Shown here piece after piece: positions 56,567-64,000 of a stretch of DNA of 64,000 bases (position 1 is the first letter of the stretch; each line of letters starts with the position of its first letter). The position numbers were made by a program, and so were the translations under genes. A model generated the notes under the pieces. The model did not search any database. It worked only from the letters and a program-made list of their open reading frames with translations, and was not told the origin of the DNA. This DNA is from Choristocarpus tenellus KU-1152 (taxonomy: Eukaryota > Protista > Phaeophyceae): positions 1 through 64,000 of the forward strand of contig CAXNAD020000001.1 of NCBI GenBank assembly GCA_964200185.2. The letters are read 5' to 3'.

Positions 56567-59098
56567 TTAATTTTTTAATAAATTATTTATAAATTGATTG
56601 AAAATAATACGACCAGGAGTAGTACGAATATATTTAATTAAAATTTCATTATTAATTGTTTCTTTTTGTTGTAAATTATTATACAGTTGTAATTTTGTTT
56701 TATTATTAAATTCAATTGTTTTAGAAAAAATTAATTCACTATTTAAGATCAAATTATTTTCACAACGAACCCAAATAGATGAATGAATATGTAATTTTTT
56801 TTGCTTATATGCAATAATTACTTCTTCAAAATTAGAAAAATAATGATTACTACCTTTTAAATTGGCTTTATTTTCAGTTGTTAAATAATAAAAACCTAAA
56901 ACCATATCTTGTGTTGGTTGAAGATTAGGTTGACCTGTAGCTGGTGATAAAAAATTATTTGGTGATAATAAACATAATTTTGTTTCAAGTTGAGATTCAT
57001 AAGATAAAGGAATATGTACAGCCATTTGATCGCCATCAAAATCTGCATTAAATGCTGGACAAACTAATGGATGTAATTGAATAGCTCGACCTGCAACTAA
57101 TATTGCATCAAAAGCCTGAACTCCTAAACGATGTAAAGTTGGAGCTCGATTTAATAAAATCGGATGATATTTTATAATTTGTTTTAATAATTTTGATATT
57201 AATCCCTTATCACGATAAATAATTTGTTTAGCTCTTTTAATAGTATGAACTAAATCCGTTACTAATAATTTATTTATTAAAAATGGTAAAAATAATTCGA
57301 CTGCCATTTCATAAGGTAAACCACATTGATTTAATTTTAAATTAGGACCTACAACAATAACTGTTCGTCCAGAATAATCAACTCTTTTTCCTAATAAATT
57401 TTGACGAAATCGACCTTGTTTTCCTTCAATGATATCAGCTAATGATTTTAATGGTCGTTTATGTACATCTAAAATTGTTGGACCTCGTTTACCATTATCT
57501 ATTAATGTATCTACTGCTTCTTGAATTAATCGTTTTTCTGTACTAATAACTAATTCAGGAGCATTCGCATATAATAATCTAGACATTCTTTTATTTCGAA
57601 TAATAATTTTTCGATAAAGATCATTTAAGTCAGAACTAACAAATTTCCCATTATCTAATTGTATTAATGGTCTTAATCCAGGAGGTAAAACAGGAAGATA
57701 TTTGAAAATCATCCATTCTGGTCTGGTTTGCGTTATTAAAAAATTTTCAAGTAATCGAATTCGTTTAACATGTGCATCTCTTTTTGGACTATATATAGTT
57801 GCAAGCATTTTAGAACGACTATATTCAATTTCTATATTTAAATCCATATTTTCTAATGTTGTATAGATATATTGAGTTTGATCTATATAATTAGTTTTCA
57901 TAGGATCATTTCTATCTACATTTTCTAAATCATAAAATTTATCATCAATTTTATATTTTTTTCGTGTTTTTTTAATAGTATTATTTAATTCATCTTCAAT
58001 TTCATCAAATTGATCAAGATCATTATCAACCGTTTGATTCATATTTTTAGTAGTTTTATTATTACTATTTGTTTCAATAGTTTGATTAATATTAATAGTA
58101 TTTTTTATTTTTTCAATACTTTTTTTTTTCGAATAAATATAATTCTCATAAAAATTAATAACGTTACTTTCATTTTCATCTAATTCAGTAAATTGGTTTT
58201 CATTCTTGGTAGTATTATTAATTTCAAATTCATTTTCTTGAAATCCCTCTCTTTCAAATTCCTCTCTTTCAAATTCCTCTCTTTCAAATTCCTCTTGTTC
58301 TTCAAAATCAATAATACCAAAATCTTCTTCAAATTCATTCTCTTCAAATTCTTCTTCTTGAAATCCCTCTCTTTCAAATTCCTTTTGTTCTTCAAAATCA
58401 GTAATACCAAAATCTTCTTCAAATTCATTCTCTTCAAATTCTTCTTCTTGAAATCCCTCTCTTTCAAATTCCTCTTGTTCTTCAAAATCAGTAATACCAA
58501 AATCTTCTTCAGTAAGAGGATCATCTTCTAACTCATTAATATTAAAATTATGATTATCAATTTCTTCTTCATCATAATTATCTTCATCAATTTCATTTGG
58601 ATTTTCTTTTAAAATTTCAATATTAATATTTTCATCATTTTTTATTAATTCATCAACATTTTCAATTTCATTATTATCTTGTTTTCCATAAATCATTTCT
58701 TCAATATCTTTTAATTTCCATCCTAAAAGATTTGATAAAATACTTGGATATCCTTTTAAATACCAAATATGGACAACCGGAGCTACCAATTTAATATATC
58801 CCATTCTATGTCGGCGAACTCTCGATATTGTTACTTCCACGCCACACTCTTCACAAATTTTACGAAAATAGCTATTATGTTTATATTTGCCACAAGTACA
58901 TTCCCAATTTTTAACTGGTCCAAAAATTCTTTCACAAAATAATCCTCCTTTTTCTGGTTTTAATGTTTTATAATTTACTGTTTCAGATTTAAGAACTTCA
59001 CCTACTAATTCTCCATTAGGTAATTGTCTTTCTCCCCAGTTTTTAATTTTTTCTGGTGAAGCTAGTTTAATATTAACATAATCAAAATTTTTTATCAT
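56567..59098 (-). CDS. rpoC1: RNA polymerase beta' subunit with large acidic insertion
   Basis: Zn finger CTC..CEEC, LLGKRVDYS, catalytic NADFDGD. Confidence 0.97.
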   Translation of the reverse strand: MIKNFDYVNIKLASPEKIKNWGERQLPNGELVGEVLKSETVNYKTLKPEKGGLFCERIFGPVKNWECTCGKYKHNSYFRKICEECGVEVTISRVRRHRMGYIKLVAPVVHIWYLKGYPSILSNLLGWKLKDIEEMIYGKQDNNEIENVDELIKNDENINIEILKENPNEIDEDNYDEEEIDNHNFNINELEDDPLTEEDFGITDFEEQEEFEREGFQEEEFEENEFEEDFGITDFEEQKEFEREGFQEEEFEENEFEEDFGIIDFEEQEEFEREEFEREEFEREGFQENEFEINNTTKNENQFTELDENESNVINFYENYIYSKKKSIEKIKNTININQTIETNSNNKTTKNMNQTVDNDLDQFDEIEDELNNTIKKTRKKYKIDDKFYDLENVDRNDPMKTNYIDQTQYIYTTLENMDLNIEIEYSRSKMLATIYSPKRDAHVKRIRLLENFLITQTRPEWMIFKYLPVLPPGLRPLIQLDNGKFVSSDLNDLYRKIIIRNKRMSRLLYANAPELVISTEKRLIQEAVDTLIDNGKRGPTILDVHKRPLKSLADIIEGKQGRFRQNLLGKRVDYSGRTVIVVGPNLKLNQCGLPYEMAVELFLPFLINKLLVTDLVHTIKRAKQIIYRDKGLISKLLKQIIKYHPILLNRAPTLHRLGVQAFDAILVAGRAIQLHPLVCPAFNADFDGDQMAVHIPLSYESQLETKLCLLSPNNFLSPATGQPNLQPTQDMVLGFYYLTTENKANLKGSNHYFSNFEEVIIAYKQKKLHIHSSIWVRCENNLILNSELIFSKTIEFNNKTKLQLYNNLQQKETINNEILIKYIRTTPGRIIFNQFINNLLKN
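58223..58510 (-). repeat. Coding tandem repeat in rpoC1: about three 90-bp units built from roughly 15-bp subunits
   Basis: (g/a)taataccaa recurs at 58311, 58401 and 58491; unit EEDFGITDFEEQEEFEREGFQEEEFEENEF. Confidence 0.95.
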
Positions 59099-59119
59099 TT
59101 TAGTTTTTAAAATATTTAA

Positions 59120-62100
59120 TTAAATAAAGACTGGCATTTTTTCAATTTCAAATAAATTAATTTCATTAGAAATTATTTCACCTGATTCCAATTTGTCAAT
59201 TCTATAAGTTGTAATATCTAATCCAAGAGCATTCAATTCACGACATAAAACTCGAAATGATTCAGGAATTCCTGGTTTTGGGATATCTTGATTTTGAATC
59301 ATAGAATTATACATTTCCATTCTACCATCCATATCATCTGATTTAATTGTTAATAATTCTTGTAATGTATAAGCAACACCAAAAGCTTCTAATGCCCAAA
59401 CTTCCATTTCTCCAAATCGTTGTCCTCCACCTCTTGATTTTCCTCCTAAAGGTTGTTGTGTTACTAAAGAATATGGTCCACTAGCACGAGCATGCATTTT
59501 ATGATCGATTAAATGAACAAGTTTTAAAATATATGGTTTTCCAACTAAAACTGGATTATCAAAAGTTTCTCCATTTCTACCATCAACTAATGATACTTTA
59601 CCCGGTGAAGAAGAATTAAATAACCATAGTTTATTTCTTTTAATAGCAGCTTCTTTTAATTTTTTATTTATTAATATTCGTGAAGCTTCTGGTTTATACA
59701 TTTCATCAAATGGTAAAACTTTAAATCTACAATTTAAATTATCGCCCGCTAAACCTAATAAACATTCAAATATTTGTCCAACATTCATTCGTGAAGGAAC
59801 TCCTAAAGGATTTAAAATTACATCAATTATTGTTCCATCCGGTAAAAATGGCATATCTTGTAATGGTAATATTTTAGAAATAACTCCTTTATTTCCATGT
59901 CGTCCTGAAATTTTATCTCCAATTTTAATTTTTTTAATTTCAGCAATATAAACATGAATAATTAAATTGACACCTGGTTGTAATTTATAACCTTCATTTT
60001 TAGAAAATGTTTGAATATCTAAAACACGTCCAGATATACCTTTTGGTAGTCTTAAAGAAGTATCATCAAAATCAGGCCCAGTAAGATTAAAAACTGCTTT
60101 TAATAATCGACTTTCAGGTGATTCACTTGCTTTAGATTTAGGCGTGCGTTTGCCTATTAATACATCACCACCTTTAACGGGCGCTCCAACATAAGTATAA
60201 CCATTTTTATCTAAATGTCTTATAGTATGAGGATCTAAAGGTGGAAGAAGATCAGTTAATTCATCATCGCCTTCACTTGTTTTATTTACGGTAAGTTGAA
60301 ATCTTTCTATATGAATAGAAGTAAAAAGATCTTGATGAATTAATCTTTCACTAATTAAAATAGCATCTTCATAATTATAACCTTCCCAAGGCATATATGC
60401 AACATTTAAATTTTGACCTAAAGCCAATTCCCCACCATCAGTACCTGGACCATCTGCAATTATTTGTCCAGTTTTTACTATTTGACCTGGCCAAACTATA
60501 GGTTTTTGATTATTTCCAATTTCTTGATTTGAACGACGATATTTTTCAAGATAATAAATTTTTAAATGTTTATTTAATGAATTTTTGTTTTTTAGATTTA
60601 AATTAATATAAATTCTATTAACAAAAACTGATTCTACTATTCCATAAGATAAATTTATTACACCAATTCTTGAATCGTTTGCAATTTGAAATTCTAATCC
60701 TGTCCCAATAATTGGTTTTTGTGGGTATAGTAAAGGAACTGCTTGTCGTTGCATATTTGAACCCATTAATGCACGATTTGCATCATCATGTTCTAAAAAT
60801 GGAATTAAAGCAGCACCAGCTGAAATAATTTGTATAGGAGAAATTGCAATATAATCTACTTGATAACGATTTACTAAAATAAATTCTTGATGAAAACGAA
60901 CTGGAATTAAAGCAGTACTTAAATATTTATTATTAATTAATTTGATATCTGCAGATGCAACTTTTGATTGATTTTCTTTTTCAGCAGTTAAATATATAGG
61001 TTTTATAGATTTTAAAACTTCTCCTTTATAAACTCTATAAAAAGGTGTTACAATAAAGCCATATTTATTAAGTTTTGCGTGAATAGCTAAAGATGAAACT
61101 AAACCTGCTTTTTGTCCTTCTGGTGTTTCAATTGGACATAAACGTCCGTATTGTGTTGGATGTATATCACGCGCAGAAAAACTAACATGTTCACTATTTA
61201 ATGCACCTGGTCCTAATGAACTAATTCTACGTTTATGAGTTAATTGAGATAAAGCATTAGTTTCATCAAAATATTGGGATAATGGACTTAAACCAAAAAA
61301 TTCTCTCATTACTCCCGTTAAAATTTTAGCATTAATAAAATAACTAGCTTTTATATCTTTTTCATCTTTTTCTATTAAATTTAAAGTATTATTTTTAGAA
61401 TCAATTAATTTTTTTTTCGAATTTTTTCTAGTTTTTTTTATACGTACATTTTCAAAATTAGTAATATATTTTTTTAATCGACCTAATCCTATACGTAATT
61501 GAACTTGTAATAATTCTCCAACAGATCGAACACGACGATTTTCTAAATTATCAATATCATCTGGTTGTTTTTTATATAAACAAACTTCGATTAAATAATC
61601 AATTGTTTTAAGAATATCAATATGCGTTAACGTTTTTCTAGATAATGGAATATTAATATCTAATTTTTTATTTATTTTTATTCTTCCAATTTCACCTAAA
61701 TCATAAGAACTGTTATTTCGTAGTCGATTATTTATTAATTCTTTTATTCGAAAAACATTTAAACTAATAGCAATTCTTGTTTTTTTTGGATCTTGGTTTT
61801 GTTCATTAATTCTTTTATAAATTGCATAATTTAATGAATCAATACTATATTCTAAAAATACAGAATATTTTATAGTATTTAAAATTTCATTTTGTTTTAA
61901 TTCACAAGCTAATAAAAACCAATTAATTGGAATTTTATATTTTTTATCAAATTTAACCCAAATTAAATTATATTCAATTTCAAATGTTAACCATGAACCA
62001 TAATTTGTTATTATTGTTGCATCATAAGTAATTTTTTTTTCTTTTATAATTCTTTTGAAATAAACCCCAGGACTTCTAACTAATTGATTCATAACAACCC

Positions 62101-62473
62101 GTTCACAACCATTATAAATAAAAGTTCCTTTATGGGTAATTAATGGAATTTCACATAATAAAACTTTTTGTTTTTTTTTATATAAATTCAATAATATTGG
62201 GCCATTTTCTTCAATTATATGTTGTCTTATTCCCACGATAATATATAATTTAATTAAATTACTATTTTTTATTTCTTTTATTTGTTTTTTCTCTTTTTTT
62301 ATATCAAATTTAAATTTATGTCCGTATATTCGAATTTCGATATTATTGTTAGAATTTATTAATAGAGAATAGTTTTTTATTTCTTGCATTACACCAATAC
62401 TCAAAAACCAGCAAAAACTTTTTTGCTGAATCTTTGATAAATGTGGAATATTTATAGGAAATTTATTTTTCAT
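59120..62473 (-). CDS. rpoB: RNA polymerase beta subunit
   Basis: CPIETPEG, EHDDANRALMGSNMQRQ, GRHGNKG, GQRFGEME. Confidence 0.98.
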   Translation of the reverse strand: MKNKFPINIPHLSKIQQKSFCWFLSIGVMQEIKNYSLLINSNNNIEIRIYGHKFKFDIKKEKKQIKEIKNSNLIKLYIIVGIRQHIIEENGPILLNLYKKKQKVLLCEIPLITHKGTFIYNGCERVVMNQLVRSPGVYFKRIIKEKKITYDATIITNYGSWLTFEIEYNLIWVKFDKKYKIPINWFLLACELKQNEILNTIKYSVFLEYSIDSLNYAIYKRINEQNQDPKKTRIAISLNVFRIKELINNRLRNNSSYDLGEIGRIKINKKLDINIPLSRKTLTHIDILKTIDYLIEVCLYKKQPDDIDNLENRRVRSVGELLQVQLRIGLGRLKKYITNFENVRIKKTRKNSKKKLIDSKNNTLNLIEKDEKDIKASYFINAKILTGVMREFFGLSPLSQYFDETNALSQLTHKRRISSLGPGALNSEHVSFSARDIHPTQYGRLCPIETPEGQKAGLVSSLAIHAKLNKYGFIVTPFYRVYKGEVLKSIKPIYLTAEKENQSKVASADIKLINNKYLSTALIPVRFHQEFILVNRYQVDYIAISPIQIISAGAALIPFLEHDDANRALMGSNMQRQAVPLLYPQKPIIGTGLEFQIANDSRIGVINLSYGIVESVFVNRIYINLNLKNKNSLNKHLKIYYLEKYRRSNQEIGNNQKPIVWPGQIVKTGQIIADGPGTDGGELALGQNLNVAYMPWEGYNYEDAILISERLIHQDLFTSIHIERFQLTVNKTSEGDDELTDLLPPLDPHTIRHLDKNGYTYVGAPVKGGDVLIGKRTPKSKASESPESRLLKAVFNLTGPDFDDTSLRLPKGISGRVLDIQTFSKNEGYKLQPGVNLIIHVYIAEIKKIKIGDKISGRHGNKGVISKILPLQDMPFLPDGTIIDVILNPLGVPSRMNVGQIFECLLGLAGDNLNCRFKVLPFDEMYKPEASRILINKKLKEAAIKRNKLWLFNSSSPGKVSLVDGRNGETFDNPVLVGKPYILKLVHLIDHKMHARASGPYSLVTQQPLGGKSRGGGQRFGEMEVWALEAFGVAYTLQELLTIKSDDMDGRMEMYNSMIQNQDIPKPGIPESFRVLCRELNALGLDITTYRIDKLESGEIISNEINLFEIEKMPVFI

Positions 62474-62546
62474 AATATTTTATAATAAAAATTTTTATAG
62501 TAATTATTAATAATAACAATTTATAAGAAATATAAATAGTAAAAAT

Positions 62547-62864
62547 TTATTTTTTATTAAAAGAAATAAAAATTAATTGTAAAATTTTAAAATTAAATAA
62601 TTTTGATAATCTAGATTTTTTTCGAGCAACATTATTTATATGTAAAATATTTTTTTTTTTCGCTTTATCTAATTTACTAAAAACTAAAGTTAATGAATTT
62701 GTAAGTGAAATAAAATTTTCATTATTTGGATTATTAATATATTGTTGTAATGTTACAAAATATTTTTTAATATAAGTTTTAATAATTGATTTATAAGAAT
62801 TATTTTGAATACGATTTCTTTTATTTATTTTAATTCGTTTTTTGGCTGATTTAATATTTACCAT
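62547..62864 (-). CDS. rps20: 30S ribosomal protein S20
   Basis: NIKSAKKR, LDKA, ARKKSRL. Confidence 0.94.
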   Translation of the reverse strand: MVNIKSAKKRIKINKRNRIQNNSYKSIIKTYIKKYFVTLQQYINNPNNENFISLTNSLTLVFSKLDKAKKKNILHINNVARKKSRLSKLFNFKILQLIFISFNKK

Positions 62865-62999
62865 ATTTTATATTGTTTTTTATTTTAAATAATTATTAAA
62901 TAATAGATAGTTAATGATATGTGAACATATCTTCATTATACCATATTTATGCTAAAATAGCAAGTTATAAAATATAATATTATAATCTGTAAATAATTT

Positions 63000-63088
63000 A
63001 GGAGAAAGTGGGATTCGAACCCACGGAACGCTTAAACGTTCATCTGATTTCAAATCAGACGCAATAAACCAAACTCTGCCAAATCTCC
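63000..63088 (-). tRNA. trnS: tRNA-Ser(UGA)
   Basis: Long variable arm, loop TTTGAAA. Confidence 0.9.
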
Positions 63089-63133
63089 AAATAAATAAAA
63101 AATTTTTATTTATTTATTTATATTTTATAATAA

Positions 63134-63553
63134 TTATGCTTCATATGATGATTTACCTGTAAATTTTAATAAAGAAGGGTTTGGGTTTTTTCCAATTGAA
63201 AAATTACGACTACCGACTGAAATTCTTCCTTTATTTACTTTTTCTGGAAAAACACCATCTTTAGGATGTAAAAATTGAATTTCACCCCCAGGAAAAATCC
63301 TATAAATTCGATATTCTTTAATTTTTAAAGATCTTAATTGAGTTCCTAAAGCAAGACATTGTTCTTTTCTTGCAAAATATAAAAGATTTTCACCTATTAA
63401 CATTATTGCTGCACCAGCTGTAGGCATTTCAAAAATGCGTTCTTCTTTTGCTTCCCATGTAATTGCATATTTCTCTTCTGTTTCTGCTGCTCTTAACCAA
63501 CCACCTGTACTACCTCCAAAAAATGGAGTATAATTTTTATTATATAGAGTCAT
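63134..63553 (-). CDS. psaD: Photosystem I PsaD
   Basis: [30 protein letters not shown]. Confidence 0.98.
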   Translation of the reverse strand: MTLYNKNYTPFFGGSTGGWLRAAETEEKYAITWEAKEERIFEMPTAGAAIMLIGENLLYFARKEQCLALGTQLRSLKIKEYRIYRIFPGGEIQFLHPKDGVFPEKVNKGRISVGSRNFSIGKNPNPSLLKFTGKSSYEA

Positions 63554-63599
63554 GTTTTCAAAATTGATAAATGAAAAATTTAATAAATTTATTTAATTA

Positions 63600-63673
63600 T
63601 AGCGGAGACTGGATTTGAACCTGTGACTTCCGGGTTATGAGCCCAACGAGCTACCAAACTGCTCTACTCCGCA
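63600..63673 (-). tRNA. trnfM: Initiator tRNA-fMet(CAU)
   Basis: GGG/CCC anticodon stem, CAT anticodon, unpaired 1:72. Confidence 0.92.
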
Positions 63674-63729
63674 TATATTAAGTTTACTAACTTAAATATT
63701 TAATTTGTTATAATTTAATTTGTATTGAC

Positions 63730-63803
63730 TCGGGACGGCAGGATTTGAACCTGCGACACCCTGCTCCCAAAGCAGATGCGCTACCAAACTGCGCTACGTC
63801 CCG
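63730..63803 (-). tRNA. trnP: tRNA-Pro(UGG)
   Basis: Cloverleaf, loop TTTGGGA. Confidence 0.95.
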
Positions 63804-63808
63804 GCAAA

Positions 63809-63897
63809 AATGCTTTTATCTATTATATTAATATAATAGATAAAAGCATTAACTTAATATTATTTTTATCTTTAAAAATAATATTAAGTTAATGCTT
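63809..63897. repeat. Two overlapping perfect inverted repeats between chlB and trnP
   Basis: A 42-bp palindrome (63809-63850) and a 25-bp-arm hairpin (63844-63897) share AAGCATT. Confidence 0.9.
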
Positions 63898-64000
63898 CTT
63901 TAGCAGCATAAATAACTTCAATTGTAATTATTTTAATTTTTTTTTGTTGTGCAAATTTTTCTGTATTTCGTTTAATTTTTCCACGAACAAAACCTGGTAT
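63884..64000 (-). CDS. chlB: Light-independent protochlorophyllide reductase subunit B, 3' end only
   Basis: Manual translation [17 protein letters not shown]...YAAKEALT* (ChlB C-terminal domain). Confidence 0.92.
   Translation of the reverse strand: MPGFVRGKIKRNTEKFAQQKKIKIITIEVIYAAKEALT

Noticed and set aside
58223-58510. Possible CRISPR array
   Set aside because: No unique spacers; these are contiguous in-frame tandem repeats inside a CDS, and no cas genes are present.
58180-58531. ORFs 58180-58524 (-) and 58193-58531 (+) with repetitive basic or hydrophobic translations
   Set aside because: Shadow frames of the rpoC1 tandem repeat, whose units lack stop codons; no independent evidence of coding.

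Overview
This is 64 kb of a very AT-rich, gene-dense plastid (chloroplast) genome of red-algal ancestry. Gene content and order (dnaB with intein, syfB, rps1, thiS, ilvB, ycf33/37/39/41/65, chlB, rpl21 next to rpl3, rps20-rpoB) point to an ochrophyte, probably the brown-algal/xanthophyte (PX) neighbourhood; the taxon is an inference. The window holds PSII/PSI/b6f/ATP synthase genes, sufB/sufC, the large ribosomal protein cluster, one rRNA operon, rpoB-rpoC1-rpoC2 and 14 tRNAs. I found no transposase, CRISPR array or self-splicing intron. The most unusual features are: (1) an about 270-aa acidic region in RpoC1 containing a recent hierarchical 15/90-bp coding repeat with periodic Phe; (2) two hairpin insertions in the 23S rRNA, one of 29 nt at a normally conserved junction near the 3' end; (3) a set of long perfect AT-rich palindromes that copy adjacent gene ends and often sit between an mRNA stop codon and the 5' end of a co-oriented tRNA; (4) an about 48-aa insertion in L4; (5) several tRNAs with stem mismatches; (6) a 141-aa DnaB mini-intein; (7) an orphan ORF131 and a small structured GC-rich island upstream of psaE.
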